From positions 4,160,001 to 4,224,000 of the forward strand of contig OY769902.1 in assembly GCA_963669175.1 (NCBI GenBank): a stretch of 64,000 bases of DNA, read 5' to 3'. The position numbers were made by a program, and so were the translations under genes. The notes below the pieces were generated by a model. It did not search any database, was not told the origin of the DNA, and worked only from the letters and a program-made list of their open reading frames with translations. This stretch comes from a bacterium. Lineage in GTDB: Bacteria; Electryoneota; Electryoneia; Electryoneales; Electryoneaceae. Below, one piece after another: positions 30,401 through 40,091 of this stretch (the stretch's first letter is position 1; every line of letters starts with the position of its first letter).

Positions 30401-30647
30401 GGAGCGTGTCGCCTCCGGGGACGATCAGGGTGTCGGTAACGAGATAGGGAGAGCCGTCCGTGTCCCACACGCCGGATACTTCACCTGAGACGAACGTCTC
30501 CGCGAGCAGGGTACTGACTGACAACACGAGGGTGAACATCAGACAGAGAAGGCGGGGAAAGCAGCTCCATCTGATCTCTTGTAGGCCGTTCCTAAGCACG
30601 TGAGCTGTATAACGCTTTCGTGCATACGTGTGACTCATTACAAACAT
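27447..30647 (-). CDS. Secreted two-module beta-helix protein with T9SS type A-like C-terminal domain
   Basis: Duplicated modules (SGEVSG..GSPY..IEPG / SGEISG..DSPF..IEPG; SPCIDAG..DGTRADIG / SPLIDAG..DGTRNDIG); PYPNPFN CTD. Confidence 0.88.
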   Translation of the reverse strand: MFVMSHTYARKRYTAHVLRNGLQEIRWSCFPRLLCLMFTLVLSVSTLLAETFVSGEVSGVWDTDGSPYLVTDTLIVPGGDTLLIEPGVIVEFQDQTDSLKYPVIVLGALLANGALGDSILFVSEDFAFGGFRAPMDSEDSRIEMSYCVVDSVQWGFDLYYGSTHLQHSRVVASYRFFKSEFNTDSIEYCYFNSILPDSGFPLMNISLLYGEDYTFINNTAPLGNVALNGNSNPVHHNFLGQLSVRSDTTIIHDNQFYNCSTIPPLAQTSHVDFYNNQVRLEDSVNIARCVTFRESEAMVHNNTFPNLLAHDSSVNIFDNIIISDRTPHHATIVLNTCTGTVHRNVISGDAYADNFRLDLGGNITVSNNTIKVNGDRGIWLRTDVETTIENNIFLGDGGSCTAIERSVNGLQPASISYNSFYEFEEITGDVELDEGNLFENPFLAGGDPFDYTLQANSPCIDAGDPDSDDDPDGTRADIGCFYYDQSIDNPPVQTIPEEVFAQTGLPLRIQITATDDNGPFSFTFPDLPEWLSEEDELDWVGDTTAVSGIVPEDAEDFSFTVIVEDGEGQTDSSIVTVDVDQRTLLSGEISGTLCVEDSPFYVVEDIVVPEGDSLVIEPGCELQFRYVEDEEQQIGIDCYGTLIAEGMVGDSIRFTMDNEEAVIGGWAGIKVVGNGDTSRVMYTVFAYGQSCIITDSLAIINIANSCFIQCELYTLDINSNSTISIIQCRFFTDVDRPFRFIYGRNSFISIDSCIFIDVEMETFGSSGITVEYSELYISNSHFYRAKGISLNYESVGHIRNNYFYGVGVSESNNSSLTIENNIFYAAERIIENALVFSSPTDIARNNVFIEHDRAVRFFDNSGGSFFPVIMNNIFQDCSIGIQNNEDLNRNFLVQYNCFWSNDTLAVSCPLDSTNLFVNPGFADSLCHLYEDSPLIDAGHPDSSFFDLDGTRNDIGRWGGPYGELYEYPDWIKEAKSDLPTEFQVFSPYPNPFNSFVTVSYAIPSVIDVDIRIYNLVGQTVLALPSSRQLAGKHSITFEAASLASGMYIIEIKAGKEVERQKAILLK

Positions 30648-31208
30648 GTCTCCTCCATAGGATGAGGATTATTAACTTAGTGATAGAGTCTGTGAAACGC
30701 AATCCCATGCTATGTATCGAAAAAAAAAAGATTTAGAAGTATAGATGTAAAGAAAGTAAAAAAACGAAAAAAAGGTAAAGAAGGAAACAGGACGCTGAAA
30801 AAATACAACCTTATATCATTCAATTATTTCCCTATCCTGATCATCGTTCACAATTCTGCACATCCTGTGAATCATTCAGAAGTTGTAAAGTTGTTGTTCG
30901 TTGTGTTTTGGCTATTCACGAGCACTGCGAGATCCCCGTCCCCGACTACACCATTCGGGGACAGACTCTGCGCTGGGGATGACATATGGAAGTGAAAAAT
31001 TGAAAAAGGAACAGCATCTCGCATGGCCCGATTTGCAGGGTGTGCTGGTGGACATGATCACAATGACAACAACACTCGCTACTCTTGCCCTCATGATCCT
31101 GCAATGAGCAAGTCGGGAATGGGAAATTGCTGGCGAGGATAGAGATCGGAGAAACGTTGCGAACAGGGTTGTTAGCAGCACTACAAACTGCAAAGCAAAG
31201 CTCGGATG

Positions 31209-32219
31209 CTAAGGGATTTGCTGCGCGGTCGTGTCTGTAGGTTCCAGCACCAGTTCAAGAATGCGTCGACTGTTAAAGGAACCGATGTGGGCGGCATCGT
31301 GGAAATCTTCGTTACGGCCTCCGAACTTCTCCGGGACTGAGAAATCGTAGAACCAGTACCCCTTTGCCTGGATATGCGACATTCGTTCGATCAGCGAAGT
31401 CTGCAGGCTGTCGAACTGTGTCCCCTCTGCCAGGAAAGCCTGCAATTCAGGATGAAGCGGGGTGATGAAGACACTGAGCCTGATGTTGTTGGCTGCGCAG
31501 AGATCGATCAGACGGTCCAGGTAGGAAAGGCGTGTTGAATCAAGTGCGGTAAAAGGCGCCAACATGGGCATATATTCCTTTTTAACACTCTCGATAAGAT
31601 TCTGGGTAATGGTACAGGCCGGCAAGGGTGTTGTCACCAGGTTGCCGTTTTCCACCACCATCTGCGAGTTTTTCCCTTTATTGATCCCCTTCAGGGAATA
31701 AACAAGCGAGCGTAATCCCATCCGGCAGTAAACCTGGACAATTCTCGCTGTCTGATCCTTTATCCCCGCACGATCTTTTTCATCCAGGTAACGGTTCAGA
31801 TTTGGCGTCGCCAATAGACGCCAATCCATATCACGTGTATTGTGCAGCATATCCGGATCAAGACCGAGTATTACGTGCTTGATAGGGATATTGTTGTGAT
31901 CCAGCAAAAAACGCATAATGCAGTATTCATCTTCCATGCGGCTGTTGAAGATGAAGAAATTGTAGCATGAATAGCCCAGGGAATCAGCGACTTTGGCATC
32001 GAAACGATCCACTCGACTGCTGCCCAGAATGAACGCGTCATAGTTGCGATCGGTACTGAGATAATTATCCGTTTTGATTTTTCGTGCGAATCTGCCGATT
32101 GGTGGTAGAGCCTGGATTGACGTGAAAAAGTCCATGGAATCCACCAGCACCATGATCCCTGCGAACAACCACAGGGGTATGGAGAATAAGAACAGTCGCA
32201 GTATGTAGCGTCGTATCAT
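31209..32219 (-). CDS. MBOAT-associated periplasmic SGNH/DltD-like protein
   Basis: N-terminal TM, ILGSSR, FHDAAH (DxxH); directly downstream of the MBOAT gene. Confidence 0.7.
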   Translation of the reverse strand: MIRRYILRLFLFSIPLWLFAGIMVLVDSMDFFTSIQALPPIGRFARKIKTDNYLSTDRNYDAFILGSSRVDRFDAKVADSLGYSCYNFFIFNSRMEDEYCIMRFLLDHNNIPIKHVILGLDPDMLHNTRDMDWRLLATPNLNRYLDEKDRAGIKDQTARIVQVYCRMGLRSLVYSLKGINKGKNSQMVVENGNLVTTPLPACTITQNLIESVKKEYMPMLAPFTALDSTRLSYLDRLIDLCAANNIRLSVFITPLHPELQAFLAEGTQFDSLQTSLIERMSHIQAKGYWFYDFSVPEKFGGRNEDFHDAAHIGSFNSRRILELVLEPTDTTAQQIP

Positions 32220-32220
32220 C

Positions 32221-33657
32221 TTAGAACTGGAAGTAAATGAATTCCTGTTCACCCGTCGCACCGTACAGCACGATCAACATGATAACCAGGTAGTACAATC
32301 CCCACCGTACCAGGAAAGGCCAGTGTGGGATATCCAAACCGTGCTGGCGTGAACGGTTCAGCCATTCAAAGGCCAGCAGCCCCAAACACCCGAGAATAGG
32401 AACAACATAGCCTGTATAAACCATTCCGCTCAAAACAGGTCGGCTCACGATCCCGTAAAGGAACAGGAAAGCGTCGGCGACACTGTCAGAACGGAAAAAC
32501 ACCCAGGCGATCAATGTTAAAAGAAACGTAACCGCGATTGCCCCGGCCTCGCCAAATGTTGGCAACAGGCGGCCTTTCGCGACCACGTCCGTATGTGCTT
32601 TCTGTTTCCCCTGAAGCATAAGCGGGATGTAATAGAGGCCGTTCAACAGCCCCCAGATGATGAACGTCCAGTTGGCGCCGTGCCAGAACCCGCTCACGGT
32701 GAAAGTGACAACAATATTGAAGATGCGGCGCGATGTGCTGGCGCGGCTCCCCCCCAACGGGATATAGACATAATCCCGGAACCAGGAGGAAAGCGAAATA
32801 TGCCACCGTCGCCAGAATTCCCCGATATCACGTGAGAAATAGGGATACGCAAAGTTGCGCATGAGCTGGAAACCGAACAGACGCGCTACACCGATAGCGA
32901 TATCCGAGTATCCCGAAAAATCACAGTAGATCTGGATGGCGAAGAAAAACACACCGATGAACAGGGTTACACCGTCATACGCCTGGTGATTGGAAAAGAT
33001 CGTATCGACATGCGGCGCGATATTATCCGCGACCACAACCTTCTTCAGGAAACCCCACAAAATCTGACGGGAACCGTCACGCGCGGCATCAAAATCAAAG
33101 CTTCTTTTCTTCGTGAACTGGGGTAGGAGATTGGAAGCTCGTTCGATAGGACCGGCGACAAGCTGGGGAAAGAAACTGACAAACGCGAAAAAGGCAACCG
33201 GATCGTGTGTCGGTTCAATCTTGCGACGATAAATATCAATGGAATAACTGAGAGTCTGAAAGGTATAAAAGCTGATGCCGACTGGGAGGATTACCTGCAA
33301 TGTCCATGGATTCACCTGCAATCCCAGCAGGGTAAGCAAGTCGGCAAAGGAATCAATAAAGAAATTGAAATACTTGAAAAATCCCAGCAAGCCCAGGTTG
33401 ACACCCAGGCTGACAAACAGCAGGATTTTGCGCGTCCGTTCAACACTCGAACGATGAAGCGCAGCGCCAACGAGAAAATCTACGACGGAACTGAAGAAAA
33501 TCAGGCTGAGAAAGCGCCAGTCCCACCAACCGTAGAAAACATAGCTGGCGATCAAAAGGAACAGGTTCTGCCACTTCAACCCGGCCCGCTGCAGCGCCCA
33601 GTAAAGGAGGAATGAAATCGGTAGAAAAAGAAAAAATGTGAGTGAATTGAATAGCAT
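32221..33657 (-). CDS. MBOAT family O-acyltransferase (AlgI/PatA-like)
   Basis: MLFNS, LPVGISFYTFQ, FPQLVAGPIER, DFSGYSDIA, FWRRWHISLS, GFWHGA, FIYFQF. Confidence 0.95.
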   Translation of the reverse strand: MLFNSLTFFLFLPISFLLYWALQRAGLKWQNLFLLIASYVFYGWWDWRFLSLIFFSSVVDFLVGAALHRSSVERTRKILLFVSLGVNLGLLGFFKYFNFFIDSFADLLTLLGLQVNPWTLQVILPVGISFYTFQTLSYSIDIYRRKIEPTHDPVAFFAFVSFFPQLVAGPIERASNLLPQFTKKRSFDFDAARDGSRQILWGFLKKVVVADNIAPHVDTIFSNHQAYDGVTLFIGVFFFAIQIYCDFSGYSDIAIGVARLFGFQLMRNFAYPYFSRDIGEFWRRWHISLSSWFRDYVYIPLGGSRASTSRRIFNIVVTFTVSGFWHGANWTFIIWGLLNGLYYIPLMLQGKQKAHTDVVAKGRLLPTFGEAGAIAVTFLLTLIAWVFFRSDSVADAFLFLYGIVSRPVLSGMVYTGYVVPILGCLGLLAFEWLNRSRQHGLDIPHWPFLVRWGLYYLVIMLIVLYGATGEQEFIYFQF

Positions 33658-34216
33658 CGAACCGTCAAGCTACAAACCGAACACGTCGGTCATTTATACC
33701 GGTATCTAAAGGATCGTAACCCCGAGCCGGGCACGTGAATAGAAAAACAATGAATGCCGCAGCCTCTCCCCACTCAACACAAATACGCTGCACAATATAG
33801 ATAATTCACCTATTAAGAAAAACAAGGGCAGGAGCGTTGATAGAAGTTCTGTAGATCAGGTACCGTCGGGATACCGTGAGTCAGTTTTACGCGATAGACT
33901 GCGAGTATCTTCAAGCAGCTACTGGTACCCGCTGTTTTCCAGGCCAAAAGAGGCCGCACCTGCATACCAGCATCTCCACTTCCGGTCCTATGATGTTCTG
34001 CACGGACAGATTGAACTTCTCCGTACGTATTAGATTATGGCAAAAGGTTGTGGTCGGGCTGCACGAATTTGGTAAGTTTTAAGGTTCATGCTCAAAACGA
34101 TAACGTGAGAATACAAGGGAAACCAAGGGCGGATGCTGATGATTGGCAATTCTTATAAAATAAATATGTTATCAGCATCAATAACTACCGTCTGTCCCTA
34201 GTTTCTGCTAGTTTCT

Positions 34217-34522
34217 GAACCGCAGAACCTCGGTGAACCTGTGAACTCGCCCTATGTTGAGGCAAGGCCCCTGATTGCACCTGACGAAAGCTACATCCTT
34301 TTTTCTTCAGACCGTCCCGGCGGCCTTCAGGAGGACATTGAGGGCTATATCTCGTTCAACAATTGGGATGGCACCTGGTCCGAACCAGTACCAATAGGTC
34401 CAGAAATGACGATACAAGGGATATCTGCTGACGGAAAGTTCTGGTTTTACACAAATGCTGAAGACGGTATGATCAACCACTACTGGGTTTCATCCAGCAT
34501 ACTTGAAAATCATCGAAGGTAG
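34217..34522 (+). pseudogene. C-terminal fragment of a PD40/TolB-like beta-propeller protein
   Basis: EPQNLGEPVNS...PLIAPDESYILFSSDRPGG; in-frame stop at 34199 and no credible start. Confidence 0.65.
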
Positions 34523-34602
34523 ACGGAATGAGCAGCTTTGGAAATGCCTTTGAGTTTATCGTAAGCGTGTGGTAACGGTTTTACCTTATGGTTGCCTCCC
34601 AT
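34510..34602 (-). pseudogene. Truncated relic of the sod2 5' end
   Basis: MGGNHKVKPLPHAYDKLKGIS vs sod2 MKGNHQVKPLPYAYDKLNGIS; DNA similarity 34540-34726 vs 23991-24182. Confidence 0.85.
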
Positions 34603-34856
34603 TTGTGCCACGGTCAAGTTGTTTGTCTGATATTCCTAACACATGTTAGGACAACTATACTTTTAGCGGAAAACAAGCAGGGAAAAGAGATCGGGGGGAC
34701 TTGGAGAGATTTTTCAATTCACGGTGAACACACTCTTCAAGTGACATGATAATTCATGATTTTATTTATAACTATTGACACTTCTATTTGAATTATACTT
34801 ATATTATTCGGGTCTATTTTTGTTACTACTGATATTCTATTTTGAAAGGACTACAC

Positions 34857-37097
34857 ATGGAAGACCTAATTCTTTATTGGGCTGGTGTGATAGATAAGGA
34901 TCTCTCTGGTTTCGCAGATCCTAGGACCAAAATTGATGTTGATATTGATAGTCGCTTTCTTAATGCAACCTGGATTGTCCGAGGCCATGAACGCAAAGCT
35001 TCTTTTCGTTTATCAACAGAAGGGGACTTTCGCTGGTTACCTAAAGGTGATACTAATTTAGTTGGAGAATCTTATCGGTCGTTCCTTGTTGCACAAGACA
35101 TGGCAGATTTCAATCAACTATGTAAGGCAATTGAAGGATCTTTCCAACCTGAACCTAGCTACGTCTCAACACAAGCAATGCTGGAAGGTGAAAATAAAGA
35201 AGCTATTTCTGATGACCTATTGTATAATATTGTTGACAAAGCATTATACGATTCATCAGGAAAGACCAAAATGCTCTTTGTCAAGGGTGATGCTGGTACT
35301 GGTAAAACTACTCTCTTACGTCACCTTACAGGACTTCAGGCTAGGAAGTACAAATCCAAACAAAGTGATTATCTTTTTTTATATGTTTCTGCGCAAGGCA
35401 GGTCACTTTCTAATCTTCGTGATGCTATTTCTGGTGTACTTGATGACCTTCGTGCAGGTTTTACAAGAGATGCTGTTTATCCTTTGGTTCGACATGGATT
35501 ATTAGTTCCTATTATAGATGGTTTTGATGAATTGCTTGGCGTTGCTGGATATGGTGATGCTTTTGGTTCATTACAGAATTTTTTATCGGAAGTAAAAGGA
35601 CGTGGTTCGATTATTGTATCTGCACGATCTGCATTTTATGATATTGAATTTATTGGTAAGAATACAGCTGATCATCTTCTAGATGCACACTATGATGTAG
35701 AACCAATCACTCTATTACCTTGGGGTGACAAAGAAATTCATAGATACTTAGCTTTAGCAAGAAATCTGACTACCCTCGATCATAAAGACCAATCAGCGTT
35801 AGATTCTATGGATGAAAAGGATCGCAGCCTTTTAAGCAAACCTTTCTTTGCAAGTCGATTTCCAGAATTTGTTGACATTCATAATGGTGATTATGGGAAT
35901 CAGTCACTTCTCGAATATTTAGTTGATGCGTATGTTAAAAGAGAATCAAGCAAAATTGTTGATAGAGATGGCAACCCATTGGTTCCCATTGATACTCATA
36001 GACAACTTTTTATAGAAGCTACCGAATATATGTGGCAATCGGAAAGCAGAGATCTAGGTGAAGATGAATTGAGAGCTTTAGCTGAGTTTGCAGCAGATGC
36101 AACAGATTTAATTGGTGACGCTGCACAACAATTTATCGCTAAAATTTCTAGTTATCATGGTTTTAGAACTGATAGTAGTGGTGGTCGTCGTCGTTTTCGG
36201 TTTGAACATGAAGTATACTTTGATTATTTTCTATCAAATGCATTAAGAGTAAAATTTACAAGTCCTATTAGCATGTCTACATTTATAGATCGTGGCATAA
36301 TACCTGATGAGATTATTGATTCAGCAATAGATATTAATAATGCGATATATTGTTTTGAATTATTAGATCACATAAAGCGTAATAGTGTATTACAAGAAAA
36401 TAGAAGACAAAATTTGGGATCGATTATTGCCACTGCTATTAAAATAGTTAAAAATATTGATAATATTAACCTGTCTTATTTATCTTTTATTAATGTAAGT
36501 TTTGAATTATCCATTTTTAATAATATCATATTCAACAATTGCAATTTCAATAATATTAATTTAAGTACCACAAAATTTTACAATTGCAAGATCGACAATT
36601 GCCTAATAACTCGTATTATAGTTTCTGACACAACCCATCTTGATATCAAGGGAATTATACCAGGTGGTAATCTTTCTTGTATTGTTAATATTAGTGGTGA
36701 AGGTGATACTTATGTGCCATCACGAATGTCAGAAATTTTGTCTCTGATAGGTACTCCTGATCAAACTCCTTCACTTCCTATATTATCAGATAGTGCTAAG
36801 AATGCAATTGAGTTATTGCAAAGAGTCGTTCAGAAATACAGACGAACAAATATATTATGTCTTGAAGATGATACAATGTTTTCTATTTTCAGGGATCCTT
36901 ATTGGGAAACTCTATTGGATCTATTAATAGAATATAACATTGTTAAAGAGGAAACTAGAGCAACATCAGGAACTACAAAACACTTTTTCAGGCCGCAAGT
37001 GGCGATAATTAACCTCTTAAAATATGAAACTGTAAGAAATGATGATCTACCTGATGATTCTATAGGAAACTTTTGGCGTTCCATGAGACTATTATGA
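34857..37097 (+). CDS. NACHT/STAND-like P-loop NTPase with pentapeptide-like repeats
   Basis: GDAGTGKTT Walker A, IIDGFDE Walker B, FRFEHEVYFDYF, C-terminal xxFxNxxF repeats; AT-rich. Confidence 0.85.
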   Translation: MEDLILYWAGVIDKDLSGFADPRTKIDVDIDSRFLNATWIVRGHERKASFRLSTEGDFRWLPKGDTNLVGESYRSFLVAQDMADFNQLCKAIEGSFQPEPSYVSTQAMLEGENKEAISDDLLYNIVDKALYDSSGKTKMLFVKGDAGTGKTTLLRHLTGLQARKYKSKQSDYLFLYVSAQGRSLSNLRDAISGVLDDLRAGFTRDAVYPLVRHGLLVPIIDGFDELLGVAGYGDAFGSLQNFLSEVKGRGSIIVSARSAFYDIEFIGKNTADHLLDAHYDVEPITLLPWGDKEIHRYLALARNLTTLDHKDQSALDSMDEKDRSLLSKPFFASRFPEFVDIHNGDYGNQSLLEYLVDAYVKRESSKIVDRDGNPLVPIDTHRQLFIEATEYMWQSESRDLGEDELRALAEFAADATDLIGDAAQQFIAKISSYHGFRTDSSGGRRRFRFEHEVYFDYFLSNALRVKFTSPISMSTFIDRGIIPDEIIDSAIDINNAIYCFELLDHIKRNSVLQENRRQNLGSIIATAIKIVKNIDNINLSYLSFINVSFELSIFNNIIFNNCNFNNINLSTTKFYNCKIDNCLITRIIVSDTTHLDIKGIIPGGNLSCIVNISGEGDTYVPSRMSEILSLIGTPDQTPSLPILSDSAKNAIELLQRVVQKYRRTNILCLEDDTMFSIFRDPYWETLLDLLIEYNIVKEETRATSGTTKHFFRPQVAIINLLKYETVRNDDLPDDSIGNFWRSMRLL

Positions 37098-37129
37098 TTT
37101 GAGGATTATAACAGTTTTTACATATTAGA

Positions 37130-37157
37130 GAAAAAAAGGGACGCTATTCGCGTCCCT
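37130..37157 (-). terminator. Terminator between convergent NTPase and sigma genes
   Basis: AGGGACGC-tattc-GCGTCCCT with A run. Confidence 0.75.
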
Positions 37158-37182
37158 GATATAACATCTCTGTCAACTTCTG

Positions 37183-38013
37183 TTACCCCAGGTACGTCCT
37201 CAGGGCTTTGCTACGGCTGGTGTGGCGCAGGCGACGGATCGCCTTTTCCTTGATCTGGCGGACACGTTCACGGGTCAGGCTGAACTTCTCGCCGATCTCT
37301 TCCAGTGTAAGCGGGTGTTCGATATTGAGCCCGAAATAGAGCCGGATGACTTCCGCTTCACGTGGGGATAGAGTGGCGAGCGCACGGTCCACTTCCTTTT
37401 TCAACGACTCGCTCATCAGGCTGTTATCAGGCTGAGGTTCGAGATCGTTGTGCAGGATGTCCAGCAGACGGTTGTCTTCACCCTGGTTGAACGGCGCGTC
37501 CATGGAGAGGTGACGTCCGCTCATCTTGAGCGTGTCGGTTACCTCGAACGGGGTCATGTCCAGCGCGTCTGCGATTTCTTCCGGGCTGGGTTCACGTTCG
37601 TAGGTCTGCTCCAGGTTGCTGTACGCCTTCCCGATTTTGTTCAGAGCGCCCACACGGTTCAACGGCAAGCGCACGACACGACTCTGCTCGGCCAACGCCT
37701 GCAGAATCGACTGACGGATCCACCATACCGCGTAACTGATGAATTTGAATCCACGGGTTTCATCAAACCGCTTGGCTGCCTTGATAAGGCCGAGGTTGCC
37801 CTCGTTAATCAAGTCCCCCAAGGAAAGGCCCTGGTTCTGGTACTGCTTGGCCACACTTACCACGAAGCGGAGGTTCGCCTTGGTTAATTTTTCAAGGGCC
37901 GTCTGTTCGCCCTTGCGTATCCGTCTGGCGAGATCAATCTCCTCTTCAGTTGTCAGCAGGTCAACTTCGCCGATTTCCTGGAGGTACTTTTCCAACGATT
38001 GGTCGGCACGCAC
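37183..38013 (-). CDS. RpoD/SigA-family sigma-70 factor lacking region 1.1 (Bacteroidota-type)
   Basis: [53 protein letters not shown]; GTG start with GGAG. Confidence 0.93.
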   Translation of the reverse strand: MRADQSLEKYLQEIGEVDLLTTEEEIDLARRIRKGEQTALEKLTKANLRFVVSVAKQYQNQGLSLGDLINEGNLGLIKAAKRFDETRGFKFISYAVWWIRQSILQALAEQSRVVRLPLNRVGALNKIGKAYSNLEQTYEREPSPEEIADALDMTPFEVTDTLKMSGRHLSMDAPFNQGEDNRLLDILHNDLEPQPDNSLMSESLKKEVDRALATLSPREAEVIRLYFGLNIEHPLTLEEIGEKFSLTRERVRQIKEKAIRRLRHTSRSKALRTYLG

Positions 38014-38312
38014 GATGTACGTCTCCGTTGTTGGTGAAACATGGTTACTCTATCAATGAGATGAACCCAAACCGAAAAGGTTTCGGATCACCTGTTTAGT
38101 TCTGGTGTTACACAAGTCCTGACATTGCAGAGATTCGGTTTCCCCTTGTCATTCCTTGTTTCTTCGTCTTTGCATCTTTTGTTATTTCTTTTTGCGTTCT
38201 TTTCTTTGCGACCTTTATGCATTTGCGTGCTTTTTTGCGTCTCCGCGTTCTTTTCTTTGCGTCTTTGCGTGAGACAAATCAGTTTGATTTCAGTATTCTC
38301 AATAATATCCTC

Positions 38313-38448
38313 GAGATCCCCGTTCAAGCCGGGGATGACATATCACCGGAGATGACATATCACCGGAGATGACATATCACCGGGGATGACATTTTTACCG
38401 GTGATGACATAGCACCGGGGATGACATATAGCCGGGGATGACATAGTA
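38313..38448. repeat. REP-like hairpin end followed by seven ~17-bp tandem units (ccggggatgacatatca)
   Basis: gagatccccgttcaagccggggatgaca then the array; related single element at 30929-30984. Confidence 0.85.
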
Positions 38449-38577
38449 TTGGGATAACATGTGTTGAAACTGGTGAAAATGAACAAGCCTGGTCCACAAT
38501 TGATATAAACACCCATACCCCAGCGAACGCCGGGGCATGGGAAAATCTTCTCTGGGAAAGAACTCGTGCCTGAATCT

Positions 38578-39795
38578 CTACATGATGGATTCAGCACGGT
38601 CGGCGAGAATGAAGGTCAGAACCTCCTTCTTGCCTTCACGCAGCACGGTCAGATTCAGCTCGTTGCCCGGTTTATGGTCGGCGATGCGGACACGGAAATC
38701 ATTTACTTCCGCAACCACCTTGCCGTCCACCTCCAGCACAACATCACCGGCGATCAGACCGCCCTTATCCGCGGGTGTGCCTTCCTGGACAAATCGGACA
38801 AAGACTCCCTCAATATCTTCGTCAATTCCCAGCGAACTCTTCACCTGTTCGTTCAGTTCATCCGGAACCATACCCAGGTAACCACGGGTGACATAGCCCT
38901 TGTCGAGCAATTCCTTGATCACGCCCTTGACCATATTGGACGGGATCGCGAAACCGATGTCGTTACCGGCGCTGTTAATCGCCGTGTTAATCCCGATGAT
39001 CTCGCCCTTGATATTGACCAACGGCCCACCGGAATTACCGTAATTGATAGACGCATCCGTCTGGATAAAGTCCTGAAACAGGGGTCCACGGCCTGCAATC
39101 TGCAGATCCTTACGTCCCTTGGCGCTGATCACGCCAACAGACAGGGTCCATTCCAGGCCCAACGGATGCCCCATGGCAATCGCCCAGTCGCCGATACGCA
39201 TGGCGTCGGAATCACCCAGGTACGCCACATGATCTGTATCCACATCACCGATATCCAGCAACGCCAGGTCGGTTTCCGGATCAGCGCCGATGACCTTGGC
39301 CGTACGTTCGCTGCCATCAGCCAGCTTGACGTTGATCTCACGTGCTTCGTCGATCACGTGGTTGTTCGTAAGCACATACCCGCGCTTGTCAATGATCACT
39401 CCAGTCCCGCTTCCCTTCACATGCGGCACTTTCGGGTGTTGAAACCCGAACTGACGGAAGAAATTATAGAGATCGTCATCGCCGGTTCCACCCAGCGACA
39501 TATCGCTCTCTTTTTCCACCCAGATGTGTACCACCGCCGGTTTTAACCTGTCAGCGACTACCACAAACGGGCTGGTAATCTGTCCGTCTTCTACTTCTGT
39601 TTGTCCAGGCAGATACGCAGCAGGCACCACCCCGCTGGTTTGATACTGTCCGCCTGTATTGGATGCTGTTTCCCAGGGCAGAGGCTCCTCATTTGGGCGC
39701 ATAACCTCCCAGAGCAGCGCGCCACTGACCATGAGCAACATCGCCGCAAGAACGGCGATTGTACCGTAAAGTATTGGTAAACGTGATCTGATCAT
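38578..39795 (-). CDS. HtrA/DegP-family serine protease with PDZ domain
   Basis: TNNHV, DLALL, IQTDASINYGNSGGPL triad; N-terminal TM. Confidence 0.93.
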   Translation of the reverse strand: MIRSRLPILYGTIAVLAAMLLMVSGALLWEVMRPNEEPLPWETASNTGGQYQTSGVVPAAYLPGQTEVEDGQITSPFVVVADRLKPAVVHIWVEKESDMSLGGTGDDDLYNFFRQFGFQHPKVPHVKGSGTGVIIDKRGYVLTNNHVIDEAREINVKLADGSERTAKVIGADPETDLALLDIGDVDTDHVAYLGDSDAMRIGDWAIAMGHPLGLEWTLSVGVISAKGRKDLQIAGRGPLFQDFIQTDASINYGNSGGPLVNIKGEIIGINTAINSAGNDIGFAIPSNMVKGVIKELLDKGYVTRGYLGMVPDELNEQVKSSLGIDEDIEGVFVRFVQEGTPADKGGLIAGDVVLEVDGKVVAEVNDFRVRIADHKPGNELNLTVLREGKKEVLTFILADRAESIM

Positions 39796-40091
39796 AGCAG
39801 ACCTCGCAAACTTTGAATGTAATGTGACTGTTACTTACTCGCAACTGAAATGTGAAAAACTTCGAAGGTTTTCAAAAATTGTACGGTCCTAATTATACAG
39901 GGGTTCCAAGGTTTTCTCCCTGAAACGGAGAACTGAGAAACCTACGAAATAAAGTGCTCCCTCCATCGGGCTTGGCTTCACCTCATTCTGAGCTTACTTT
40001 GCTTGTGGATATATTCACAAGAGTATCCCCTGGCGGCAAAAAAGACATGTAGTTCCACATACGAAGAATTCATCAACCCTGCGAGGCAAGA

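Noticed and set aside
23991-34726. Diversity-generating retroelement TR/VR pair
   Set aside because: Differences are not adenine-specific, include indels, and no reverse transcriptase is present.
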